A DNA stretch of 64,000 nucleotides from Dehalococcoidia bacterium (lineage in GTDB: Bacteria; Chloroflexota; Dehalococcoidia; Lucifugimonadales; UBA3495). A program made the position numbers and the translations under genes. A model generated the notes under the pieces. It saw nothing but the letters and a program-made list of their open reading frames with translations, was not told the origin of the DNA and searched no databases. Positions 28,230 through 37,526 of the stretch are shown here, piece by piece. Position 1 is the first letter of the stretch; every line of letters starts with the position of its first letter. The stretch spans positions 51,883 to 115,882 of the forward strand of contig DUCU01000032.1 in NCBI GenBank assembly GCA_012959605.1. Direction: 5' to 3'.

Positions 28230-28410
28230 ACCATGTCGGCCGGCTACTGGTCCTCCCGCGTCTAGACTAAGGACCCTCCTGGAAGCGTCCAGAAGAGCGA
28301 TAGGGGGAAGTGCCACCCGGATGTCACCGGGGCCACCATAAATGCGCACAAGGCGCGCTACAAACCCAACCTGATTAAAGGCTATCGGGGAGCCTGCTGG
28401 CCAACATAGT
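28230..28410 (-). ncRNA. Candidate structured ncRNA, 6S RNA-like in size and shape
   Basis: 181 nt intergenic segment with complementary ends and several internal hairpins. G-U wobbles slightly favour the minus strand. Confidence 0.35.
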
Positions 28411-28481
28411 AGCACATAGAGTTGGCCGGGTTATTTGAATTTAAAAGGCCCGGCAGAGGTTATCTGTCAGCGGCCCGGCCT

Positions 28482-28994
28482 TTACTGTGTCAGGTTTTCC
28501 AATTCATCGTCCCAGTCACCCGGGAGAATTCCGACGCCTCTGATTACCACGTCAAATTGGTCGGCCAAGAATGTACCTAATTTAGACTCGTCAATGTCCA
28601 CTTCCAAGTCTTTGACCGGGTATTTTTGCACTGCGGTAAGAACCCCAGAGAGCAGCAGGAAACCGATTAACACGCCCACGGCCATTCCGGCCATGCTGTT
28701 AACCAAGCCAAACAGCGGAATGATGCCAAGTATGGACCGGGCCATAAAGTTCAGGATTCCACCAATGATGAACAGCACCCCGAAGACCAGGACGAACCCG
28801 GCCACGGTCTGGGCGTTTTCGTTATCGGTGACAACGGAGAACATGCCGCCAACCGAATCGGCGATGCGGCTGGAGAGTGCCAGACCGATTACCAGGGAAA
28901 CAAGCGGTACAAGAACCCCCATCAGACCCTTGGAATAACCCCAAAGGGCTGTGACTCCCCAAACGACAAGGATGGCGAAATCAATCCAGTTCAT
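28482..28994 (-). CDS. cvpA: CvpA family membrane protein
   Basis: MNWID...GYSKGL, multiple TM helices and NSMAGMAVG. Confidence 0.85.
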   Translation of the reverse strand: MNWIDFAILVVWGVTALWGYSKGLMGVLVPLVSLVIGLALSSRIADSVGGMFSVVTDNENAQTVAGFVLVFGVLFIIGGILNFMARSILGIIPLFGLVNSMAGMAVGVLIGFLLLSGVLTAVQKYPVKDLEVDIDESKLGTFLADQFDVVIRGVGILPGDWDDELENLTQ

Positions 28995-29067
28995 AAAACT
29001 TCACATTACGCGAGAGATAATTGCTAAGCCGAGTGTAGCACGAGGGGAATCTGGTCCGACAAGGAGA

Positions 29068-29718
29068 TTAAGGGTCAGATGCGACCGCGTTTCGGAGTCC
29101 AATCAAAGCCACCAATGCTAGCAATCCTGACATGTATGAGCCGATAACGTCGCTAGGCCAATGGACGCCCATGTAAACCCGGGACATCCCCATGCCAATG
29201 ATAACCAGAATAAGTGCGGCTTGGATTATGCGCCTAGCCAGAATCGGTTTTACCCACAACCCAACGAGATAAATCAGTACACCGCCCAGAATTATGGCTA
29301 ACAGTGAATGGCCGCTGGGAAAACTCAAGCTAGACTGAACCGGTTCAAAAATCTGGTGGTCGGGCCGGGGCCGGTCAACAATCAATTTTAGTCCGTTACC
29401 TGCGCCGATGATCATCAAGCTTACAAAGAGCATGAAAACATCCGCATAACGGCGTAGCAATAACAAACTTACCATCAGCACACCAGCAGATGGCATGAAC
29501 ACCCAGAATAGTCCGAAGCTGGCAAACCATTTTGCGGTTTCATCCAACCAACCAGACCGAAACGATTGGATACCCACCAAAATCCATTCGTCTCCAGGGA
29601 AAGTTGGATAGGCCCAAGCCAGGATATACAGGGTTAGAGTAGCCATTACCCCAAACGCCAATAGGCCCGGTTTTCCCGTAACGTTACGGAAATAAGAGTT
29701 TGTAACGATCGCTGCCAT
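29068..29718 (-). CDS. PAP2 family phosphatase
   Basis: K..VDRPRP, SFPSGH and SRVYMGVHWPSDV. Confidence 0.92.
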   Translation of the reverse strand: MAAIVTNSYFRNVTGKPGLLAFGVMATLTLYILAWAYPTFPGDEWILVGIQSFRSGWLDETAKWFASFGLFWVFMPSAGVLMVSLLLLRRYADVFMLFVSLMIIGAGNGLKLIVDRPRPDHQIFEPVQSSLSFPSGHSLLAIILGGVLIYLVGLWVKPILARRIIQAALILVIIGMGMSRVYMGVHWPSDVIGSYMSGLLALVALIGLRNAVASDP

Positions 29719-29923
29719 TAATAATCACCGGTAAATTTTGCCGGTACCAATACCGACATTGATACTTGCGCTATAGTTTATCGTCCAGAGTCTAATCTAA
29801 CCCCGGTAGTCCGATAACTGCAAGGTAACTTCTTCAAACACGCGGTGTATAATGCCGGTGCGTAGCTATTACGCACAAAATCATTGTTTTAGAACCGGGT
29901 AACAACACCGGCAGAGGTAGCAA

Positions 29924-30592
29924 TTGGCCCACGGAGTGACCGTAATCGCAATCGATGGCCCAGTCGCCGCCGGCAAGACGGCCGTGGGGCGAAAATTGGC
30001 TCAGTCTTTGGGCTTTGCGTATCTGGACACCGGTATCATGTACCGCGCCATCACCTGGCTGGCCCTGAAAAATGACGTACCTGTCGAAGATGAAGCAGCC
30101 CTAGGCGATCTAGCTCGCACCAGCCCAATTGAATTGGTGGGGACCAATAGCGACCACGTTTCAGTTGCCGGGCATACCCTGGGCCCAGAACTGAGGGAAT
30201 CTCCAGTAGACCGAAATGTCTCCGTTGTCTCCAAAGCTACCTCAGTGCGAACCGAAATGGTCGCCCAACAGCGGAAGATCGCCGACCAGAGCAATATAGT
30301 CATGATTGGCCGGGACATTGGCACCGTGGTACTTCCGGACGCCGACCTCAAAATATACCTAACGGCCTCGCCTGAGAACCGGGCCAAACGACGCTGGCAA
30401 GAGATGCAGGACCGCGGACAGGTCGTAGAGCTGATGACGGTCTTGAGCGAGACCCTCAAGCGCGACGAGATTGATACGGGCCGAGAAAATTCCCCTCTGA
30501 AACCCGGCGAAGACGCCTGGGAGCTAAACACCGACGGCCTGAACATCCAGCAGGTGGTGCAACAAATCATCACCCGGGCAGAAAACTTGTGA
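29924..30592 (+). CDS. cmk: Cytidylate kinase
   Basis: AIDGPVAAGKT, DTGIMYRA and GRDIGTVVLP. Confidence 0.95.
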   Translation: MAHGVTVIAIDGPVAAGKTAVGRKLAQSLGFAYLDTGIMYRAITWLALKNDVPVEDEAALGDLARTSPIELVGTNSDHVSVAGHTLGPELRESPVDRNVSVVSKATSVRTEMVAQQRKIADQSNIVMIGRDIGTVVLPDADLKIYLTASPENRAKRRWQEMQDRGQVVELMTVLSETLKRDEIDTGRENSPLKPGEDAWELNTDGLNIQQVVQQIITRAENL

Positions 30593-31272
30593 ACGGTTCT
30601 AAGGATGCCAATCTCCTCTATCGAATTGGGCACTTTTTAGTCCGTTTTTGTTTCCGCGTCTTCGGCCGAATCGACGTAGTTGGCACCGAATGTGTGCCAA
30701 CCTTCGGCCCGGTAATAGTCGTATCCAATCATTTGTCTCTAAACGACCCCCCTTTGTTGGTGGCCGCTATCCCCAGGCCTCTGTACTTCATTGGAAAACA
30801 AGAATTGTTCGGTAACCCTGTTTTCCGGTTTTTGATGCGGGGATTCCACGTGTCACCCTTCAACCGTTCGTCCGCTGGGATTGACGCAATGCGCGCCCTG
30901 ATGCAAAATCTGGAACGCGACAGGGCGGTTGTAATCTTCCCTGAAGGCACCAGAAGCCCGGACCACACCCTGCAAAAAGGTATGCTAGGCGTGGTCTACC
31001 TGGCCATGAAATCACAAGCGCCGATATTACCGGTGGCGGTCATCGGCACCAATAAATTTCCGCTTTGGCGGATTCCGTTTCCGTTCAAAAAGATGAAAGC
31101 TTCAATCGGCCCGCCATTCACCCTGCCAATCATAGAAGGCAAGCCCAGCAGAGCGGTGATGAACAGTCTGTTGGACATGGTCATGGGCCGCATAGCAGAC
31201 CAGTTGCCGCCGGAGCTTCACGGTGTTTACAGCAGAAAAAGAATCACCAACACAGCGGAACCAACCGGCTAA
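30589..31272 (+). CDS. plsC: 1-acyl-sn-glycerol-3-phosphate acyltransferase
   Basis: NHLSLND and IFPEGTRS. Confidence 0.9.
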   Translation: MNGSKDANLLYRIGHFLVRFCFRVFGRIDVVGTECVPTFGPVIVVSNHLSLNDPPLLVAAIPRPLYFIGKQELFGNPVFRFLMRGFHVSPFNRSSAGIDAMRALMQNLERDRAVVIFPEGTRSPDHTLQKGMLGVVYLAMKSQAPILPVAVIGTNKFPLWRIPFPFKKMKASIGPPFTLPIIEGKPSRAVMNSLLDMVMGRIADQLPPELHGVYSRKRITNTAEPTG

Positions 31273-31343
31273 ATCGCCAGGCTAAATCAAGGGATAATAA
31301 TTTTGGGCAACATTTTGCCCCAACAAATATCTGGGAGAGACTC

Positions 31344-31562
31344 ATGCAGCAAGCATCTAAATTCGGCATCTACTTGAACGCCAATGACAATCAGGTGGTG
31401 CGCATCAATTCGCCCTACTGGCTTCCAGAGGAGCCAGACTGGGTTTTCTTGACCAACGAGGTCAATGCCACCCTGCTAAACATCCGCTCTATGATCCAAG
31501 AAAAAGGCCTTTCCAAAGACTCAGGCGCAATCACCTGGGGCACAATTCCCCTCAAAGACTAA
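31344..31562 (+). CDS. Small hypothetical protein (72 aa)
   Basis: GGAGAG RBS before ATG 31344. It fills the gap between plsC and the dGTPase gene and has globular composition. Confidence 0.7.
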   Translation: MQQASKFGIYLNANDNQVVRINSPYWLPEEPDWVFLTNEVNATLLNIRSMIQEKGLSKDSGAITWGTIPLKD

Positions 31563-31624
31563 TCTCAATATGAATCGGTCACAGGGTGGTTGTTAGTCAT
31601 GGTGGGTAGCGGGGTAGATATTTA

Positions 31625-32722
31625 ATGGGAATAGGTCCGGTGGAAAAATTGCAGGTGCGTCAACGGCTGGAAGCCCTGGAGGAGAACCTATCTCCATACG
31701 CCAGCCGATCCAGCCGGTCCTTGGGCCGCGAACGGGATGAGACGCCCTCTCCCCTGCGCACCGAATACCAACGCGACCGCGACCGGATCATCCACACCAA
31801 CGCCTTCCGGCGTCTGAAACACAAGACTCAGGTCTTCTTGGCACCCTCCGGCGACCATTACGTAACCCGACTGACTCATACGCTGGAAGTTGCCCAGGTA
31901 GGCCGCACCATCGCCAGGGCACTGAATCTGAATGAAGACCTGGTTGAGGCCATGTCCTACGGCCACGATCTTGGCCACACCCCCTTTGGACACCTCGGAG
32001 AAGAAACCCTGGATCAGGTCTACGCCCCCGGGTTCACCCACAGCGCCCAGAGCTTGCGTATCGTGGAGCGTCTGGCTAGGGAGGGGGAGGGTCTAAATCT
32101 CACCTGGGAAGTACGCCAGGGGATTATTTCCCATTCCAAACCCCAGGGCGATTTCCTAGACATCAAGCTGGATGAATCATTAACTCTGGAAGCTCAAGTC
32201 CTGCGGCTCGCTGACTCCGTTGCTTACTTGAACCATGACATCGCCGACGCCATTCGCGCCGGGATGCTGAAGGTAGAAGACCTGCCGGAGCGCGCCAATC
32301 GAGTGCTGGGAACAACCCACTCCGAAAGGCTGGATGCTCTGATAACAGCCATCGTTCAAGAGTCTTGGCCTGCCTCTGGGTTGTCCGGCGAGGAATCAGA
32401 CACCAAACCAGTGATTAGCATGGACCAGGAAACCCGCGACGCCATGATGGAACTGCGAGACTACATGTTCCAGAACATCTATCTGCCGTTGGGCGACACT
32501 AGACAATCTGAGGTTGGTCGGGACGTGGTCAAGCTGCTCTACCACTACTTTGTGACGAACGCAGAAGAAATTCCCCCGCCGTATTTCAGCCCCGGTACCG
32601 ACCCTGAACGCGCCGCCGTGGACTACGTGGCCGGTATGACCGACCACTACGCCATTCGCCAAGCCGAAAAGCTGCAATCAGGCATCACTCAGAATGTCTT
32701 CCACAACGTTCCGCTGGAGTAG
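31625..32722 (+). CDS. dgt: Deoxyguanosinetriphosphate triphosphohydrolase (HD domain)
   Basis: RDRDRI, FRRLKHKTQV, RLTHTLEV, GHDLGHTPFGH and DYVAGMTD. Confidence 0.93.
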   Translation: MGIGPVEKLQVRQRLEALEENLSPYASRSSRSLGRERDETPSPLRTEYQRDRDRIIHTNAFRRLKHKTQVFLAPSGDHYVTRLTHTLEVAQVGRTIARALNLNEDLVEAMSYGHDLGHTPFGHLGEETLDQVYAPGFTHSAQSLRIVERLAREGEGLNLTWEVRQGIISHSKPQGDFLDIKLDESLTLEAQVLRLADSVAYLNHDIADAIRAGMLKVEDLPERANRVLGTTHSERLDALITAIVQESWPASGLSGEESDTKPVISMDQETRDAMMELRDYMFQNIYLPLGDTRQSEVGRDVVKLLYHYFVTNAEEIPPPYFSPGTDPERAAVDYVAGMTDHYAIRQAEKLQSGITQNVFHNVPLE

Positions 32723-32729
32723 CATCCCA

Positions 32730-33881
32730 CTATCTCTTGAACGAGGGCATCACCTCTTCTGAGATTATGCTCAGTTGGTCTTTGAAGACTTCTAGCGGCA
32801 TTCCCATCACCGCGCCGATGTTGACTCGCTCCACGCCGGGGTATTTTTCTTCTATGCCCTTGAAGTGCTCAACCACGTCTGCGGAAGTTCCGCAGAGCCA
32901 CGAGCCTGCGGCAACCGCTTCATCCAGCGTAGGCAGAGCAACACCCGGGGTTTGACCCTTGTTGACCACCGATGCGTTTTGCTCCGACGTCAACGGCATC
33001 ACACCGAGAGGGCCAGCAAACTTCATGGCTTCCTCAAAGTAGGGACGGGCCTGTTTGATGGCCCTCTCTTTGGTCTCCGCGATGAATATGCGAAATCCCA
33101 GGGCCATGTCTTCGCCCAGTTCTGTCTCCCGACCGTATTTGGCGCGGGCTGATTGCAGCAGTTGCAGTTTTTCTTCCAGGGCGGCAGGCGGGTTGTTGGC
33201 GATCAACGGCTTGATGCCCATCTTCGCCAGGAAGTCGATGCCCCTGGGATTTGCGCTAACTAGCGGCTGCCAAATCTCCACCGGTTGGGTTATCGGACGG
33301 GGCACCAACGTCAGTTCTTTGAGCTGGTAGCCGCGATACGGAACCTCTGGAGGCAGAGTATAGTGTTTCCCCTGGTGGGAGAATTTTTCCTGACTGAAGG
33401 CCTTGGTGAGCACTTCCAACTGTTCTTCAAACAACTCGCGGTTGGCGTCGGAGTCCCGCATCGGCGCGCCGAAGGTCTCCACTTCCCTGGTGTGATAGCC
33501 GCGGCCAACGCCGAATATGATGCGGCCCTTGCTCAGGATATCGGCCATGGCAAAGTCTTCCGCCAGGCGCAGTGGGTGCCACATCGGCACAATGTTGAAC
33601 CCGCAGCCAAACTTCAATGTCTCAGTCTGGGTCGACAGATAGAGTCCCAACATCAACAGGTTTGGGATGGCTTCATAGCCCTCTGGCTGAAAATGGTGTT
33701 CCGCCATCCAAAATTCTTGGAAGCCCAATTTCTCCAAATGCTTGGAGATGTCCAAGGCCCAATCAAAGGTCTGGATCAGTTGTTCGTTGGTGTAGTTGCG
33801 TTCGTTAGCCGGGATGCCTTCCAGGCCTATTTCGGTGTCGATCACATGCCCGGCATAAGACGCTGAAAAGTTCACTATCAT
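32730..33881 (-). CDS. LLM-class flavin-dependent oxidoreductase
   Basis: WMAEHHF, HPLRLAED and GRIIFGVGRG. Confidence 0.92.
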   Translation of the reverse strand: MIVNFSASYAGHVIDTEIGLEGIPANERNYTNEQLIQTFDWALDISKHLEKLGFQEFWMAEHHFQPEGYEAIPNLLMLGLYLSTQTETLKFGCGFNIVPMWHPLRLAEDFAMADILSKGRIIFGVGRGYHTREVETFGAPMRDSDANRELFEEQLEVLTKAFSQEKFSHQGKHYTLPPEVPYRGYQLKELTLVPRPITQPVEIWQPLVSANPRGIDFLAKMGIKPLIANNPPAALEEKLQLLQSARAKYGRETELGEDMALGFRIFIAETKERAIKQARPYFEEAMKFAGPLGVMPLTSEQNASVVNKGQTPGVALPTLDEAVAAGSWLCGTSADVVEHFKGIEEKYPGVERVNIGAVMGMPLEVFKDQLSIISEEVMPSFKR

Positions 33882-33992
33882 TGGTAAATCCTTAAGATAA
33901 TTGTAGTGGGTTTTAATAGACGGAGGCCCCATTTCTGGGGCCTCTTGTTTATCGATAGGGAATTGACTGGACCAAAGAAACGCGACGCGTCG

Positions 33993-34913
33993 CTATTCTT
34001 TGGGAACTTGGCTGGGGGCCGGGTTGACCAGTTCTATGCCGATGGTCACCGGGAACACCCGTACCAGCTCTTCAACTGTCCACTTCCCGTCCTTCTGGAT
34101 GGTCCGTGTCGGCTCAGGTTCATTGAGCAATGTCACCAGACCCTCTGTGACGTGGAATACGTGGCCATTTACGTGCGCGGCATCGTCAGACGCCAGCCAG
34201 GTCACCATGGGGGCTATATCGTCGGCTCCGCCCCGGAGTGTTAACGCTGCTCCGGTGCTGATACCCCGCGCTGCCCGTAATTCACGAGCATCATCGGGGA
34301 TGCTGCCAATCATCCTGGTGGCGGCGCTGGGGGAGATGGCGTTGGCGGTCACACCGTAACGGCCCAGGTCTCTGGCAACTACGCGGGTGAACCCTGCGAT
34401 GCCATCCTTGGCTGCGCCGTAGTTGGCCTGTCCGGAGTTACCGTACAGTCCGGTTGTGGAGCTGAAGGTGATGATCCGGCCTGACTTCTGCTGTCGGAAG
34501 AGCACACTGGCGTTCTTCACGATCGAGAAAGTCCCCTTCAAGTGCACGGCAATGACGTCGTCCCACTCCTGTTCTGACATATTGAAAATCATCCGGTCTC
34601 GGAGAATTCCGGCCACTGTGACCACAATGTCTAATTTCCCATAATTGTCCAGGGCAGTCTGAATAATCTTCTCGCCGCCGGACATGGTTGCGACCGATTC
34701 CAGGCAGGCGACGCCTTCGCCACCATCGGCCTTAATCTCATTCACCACGTCTTGGGCAAAGGATGAGTCGGCGCCGGTGCCGTCCACGTTCACGCCGGGG
34801 TCAACCACCACAACCTTGGCCCCTTGGGCGGCCATCAGTTTGGCAACACCACGGCCGATTCCGCGGCCCGAGCCGGTTATGATCGCCACTTTGTCTTTTA
34901 ACATTTCCGCCAT
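33993..34913 (-). CDS. SDR oxidoreductase (MFE-2/3R-hydroxyacyl-CoA dehydrogenase-like)
   Basis: TGSGRGIG, AGILRD and GQANYGAAK. Confidence 0.9.
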   Translation of the reverse strand: MAEMLKDKVAIITGSGRGIGRGVAKLMAAQGAKVVVVDPGVNVDGTGADSSFAQDVVNEIKADGGEGVACLESVATMSGGEKIIQTALDNYGKLDIVVTVAGILRDRMIFNMSEQEWDDVIAVHLKGTFSIVKNASVLFRQQKSGRIITFSSTTGLYGNSGQANYGAAKDGIAGFTRVVARDLGRYGVTANAISPSAATRMIGSIPDDARELRAARGISTGAALTLRGGADDIAPMVTWLASDDAAHVNGHVFHVTEGLVTLLNEPEPTRTIQKDGKWTVEELVRVFPVTIGIELVNPAPSQVPKE

Positions 34914-34945
34914 CAGATTCTCTCCATCTGCTTACTTGTCATGTA

Positions 34946-35380
34946 TTAGGCCCGCTTCCACAGTAGGGTCACGGTTAGGTCTGCTCTAGCCCCTTTAATG
35001 GGCTGGGTGTTCAGGCGAAGCTTCTCGCCTTCAAACTCGTAATTCCTGGTCTGGATATCGCCGACCCAGTTAGGGAACAACCCGTTTTCCACATGGTGGG
35101 TTACCTGGCTGTTGGCCTCATCTACCTCGTAGGTCCCGTAGTAGGCGATATATCCCTCAAATGCTTTTTTAATCTCTTCGGGAGTCCCCTTCAGAAGATT
35201 GCCCGACTCAAATGCTGGTCTGCCGCTGCCCGCTATCTGGCCAGAAAAATTACCGTGGTCGTTGTACATCAGTTGACCCTCGGCTTTTTCACCATAGGGA
35301 TAGGTGATGCGGCCGTCGGTCCATTTCCCATAGCAGTCCAACAACCGCCAGGTGGTGCCGGCAAACTTGTCTTTAGCCAA
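34946..35380 (-). CDS. Lipocalin-like domain protein
   Basis: GTTWRL, G.LMY, YIAYYGTY, HHV...FPNWVG and W.R. Confidence 0.85.
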   Translation of the reverse strand: MAKDKFAGTTWRLLDCYGKWTDGRITYPYGEKAEGQLMYNDHGNFSGQIAGSGRPAFESGNLLKGTPEEIKKAFEGYIAYYGTYEVDEANSQVTHHVENGLFPNWVGDIQTRNYEFEGEKLRLNTQPIKGARADLTVTLLWKRA

Positions 35381-35388
35381 CTTGGTCT

Positions 35389-36309
35389 CTACTCTCTGGC
35401 CGGGGCTGGGTTATCGATGTCCTTGGTCAGGACGTCGCGGGCCTGGATGGCCAACTTATCAACGTCCCAGGTTCCGGACGGCTCGTAGATCGCCCGCATT
35501 GGCCTCGGCTGTGACACCAACGATATGGTGTCGCCGTAGACCAAGAAGGTCTGGCCATTTACGTTCTCTGCGAAATCGCTAGCCAAGTAGGCTACGAACG
35601 GCGCGATATGATCCGGATCCATGCTGGCCAGGTCTTCCTCGCCGGCGATGGGAGCCACGCCGCTGCGTGCGCGAATCTCCGATGCGCTGCCGGGAATATC
35701 AGCAATCATGCGGGTGCTGGCACGTGGGGCAATGGCATTGACTGTGACGCCGTAGCGTCCCAAGTCCTTGGCAATGACCTTGGTGAACCCGGCGATGCCG
35801 GATTTGGCTGCGCCGTAGTTGGCCTGGCCGGAGTTGCCCATGAGACCGGACTCGGATGTAAAGGTGATGATGCGACCGGAGCGTTGTTGGCGCATCAGGA
35901 TGCTGGCATTCTTTACTACGGTGAACGTGCCCTTCAGGTGAACGGCAATTACGTCGTCCCACTCCTGTTCAGACATGTTGAAGATCATGCGGTCCCGGAG
36001 GATGCCGGCGCAGGTTACAACTATGTCCAGCTTGCCGAAGTTATCCACGGCAGCCTGGATAATCTTCTCTCCGCCTTCCATCTCGGTGACTGATTCCATG
36101 CAGGCGATGGCGTTACCACCCTCAGCTTTAATCTCAGCGACAACCTGTTCTGCGACGGACTGGTCGGCGCCGCTGCCATCAACGTTCACGCCTGGGTCAA
36201 CCACCACAACGCTAGCCCCTTCTGAAGCCATGAATTTGGCAATCCCTCGGCCAATACCTCGGCCTGAGCCGGTGACTATGGCCACTTTGCCGTTCAACAT
36301 TTCCGCCAT
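35389..36309 (-). CDS. SDR oxidoreductase, close paralog of 33993-34913
   Basis: TGSGRGIG, AGILRDRMIFNMSEQEWDDVIAVHLKG and GQANYGAAK. Confidence 0.9.
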   Translation of the reverse strand: MAEMLNGKVAIVTGSGRGIGRGIAKFMASEGASVVVVDPGVNVDGSGADQSVAEQVVAEIKAEGGNAIACMESVTEMEGGEKIIQAAVDNFGKLDIVVTCAGILRDRMIFNMSEQEWDDVIAVHLKGTFTVVKNASILMRQQRSGRIITFTSESGLMGNSGQANYGAAKSGIAGFTKVIAKDLGRYGVTVNAIAPRASTRMIADIPGSASEIRARSGVAPIAGEEDLASMDPDHIAPFVAYLASDFAENVNGQTFLVYGDTISLVSQPRPMRAIYEPSGTWDVDKLAIQARDVLTKDIDNPAPARE

Positions 36310-36389
36310 TATTGCCTCCCTAGGCCCTTTGTTCTAAATCTATTTAAATTATTTGTCGGCAGGCGCGGCTGCCTTTTTGAGTCAGATGC

Positions 36390-36818
36390 TTAGATAGAAG
36401 GTAACGCCACGATTGCTGAGCCTGGCGTCGTCTTCTCTCCCTTTTCATTTTCAAGCCAGATGTCGCATTCGACGATGTTTGCGCCATTTTCTTGGTATTT
36501 CTTGGTCACAACGCCTTTGGCGGTGACTGGAGTTCCGGGTATGTCCATGCCTCGGTACTGAGCAATCAAGCGTTTCAGGTCACCGTCCGGCCCTATCCAT
36601 TTGGTGACCAGATGGCCCAAGAATGCATTCTTGAGCGCACCGTGCAGAATAACGTCTTCCAGGTCATTATTCTTGGCAAAACCCTGGTCGTAATGGATCT
36701 GGTAGTAATCACCGGACGCTCCGGCGTACTTCACCAACTGTTGGGTGGTTGGGTTCTTCACAACTTCTGGCAATTCCATGCCTTCTGTTACGTCGTCCCA
36801 ATAGACTTGATCAGCCAT
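36390..36818 (-). CDS. MaoC-like dehydratase (catalytic hot-dog subunit)
   Basis: YAGASGDYYQIH hydratase-2 motif and ILHG. Confidence 0.88.
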   Translation of the reverse strand: MADQVYWDDVTEGMELPEVVKNPTTQQLVKYAGASGDYYQIHYDQGFAKNNDLEDVILHGALKNAFLGHLVTKWIGPDGDLKRLIAQYRGMDIPGTPVTAKGVVTKKYQENGANIVECDIWLENEKGEKTTPGSAIVALPSI

Positions 36819-36846
36819 TTTAGGCTCCCATCGCCGTTCCAGGCGT

Positions 36847-37305
36847 TTAGTATCGAATCGAAGTGCTAGTCTGGGTGGCGGCAATCTGGTCAAACTGGTT
36901 GCGGTAGGTCACCACAATCGAGGTGATAATCATCAGACCCATGCGTCCGGTGCGCTCATTGATGTCGGCAATCTCAGAGATGGCCGTGATGCGGTCACCA
37001 GCCCGTACCGGGTGGAAGTATTCCCAGTCGCTGCCGCCGTCCAACAGCCGATTAAAAGGCATGTCGAAGGGATATTCCGGACGATCCACTCCCACGGAAC
37101 GTAGGAAGGTGGGCGGCGCAATTAGCCCGCCGTACCGGCTCTCCCGGGCGGCCATTTCATCGTTGAAAACAGGGTTGTCGTCTTCAATCGCCTGGGCGAA
37201 CTTGATAATGGCACCTTTCTCAATATCTATAGAGCGCGGCGCACTCTTCTGGCCAATGGCCTGTTTACGCATTTCTTCGGTCAAAAATGACGCAGGAGTA
37301 GTCAC
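36847..37305 (-). CDS. MaoC/FAS1-like dehydratase N-terminal-type subunit
   Basis: IEKGAI..FAQAI.D.NP, APPTF and PVRAGD. Confidence 0.88.
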   Translation of the reverse strand: MTTPASFLTEEMRKQAIGQKSAPRSIDIEKGAIIKFAQAIEDDNPVFNDEMAARESRYGGLIAPPTFLRSVGVDRPEYPFDMPFNRLLDGGSDWEYFHPVRAGDRITAISEIADINERTGRMGLMIITSIVVTYRNQFDQIAATQTSTSIRY

Positions 37306-37526
37306 AAAAACCTCCAGTTCCAGTGCTCCGCAAGTCTACAAGTCACCCCCTATGGTGTCAAATATTCTAGAGTTTGGGCACGCCTGCGTTTCATACATAA
37401 TTAATTGGACACGCTAGCTACGCCGATATATAGTTCCCGTAACGATTTTCCAGCCTGGAATGTACCTCTGTATAAAGACATTTTCCGGGTGTTTAGAAAG
37501 AATAAACTCGTCACGGAGCGTTGGCC

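Noticed and set aside
27614-28410. IscB/HEARO (OMEGA) system
   Set aside because: The HNH protein is ~190 aa with no PLMP motif, RuvC motifs or bridge helix. It is the common stand-alone McrA-like type.
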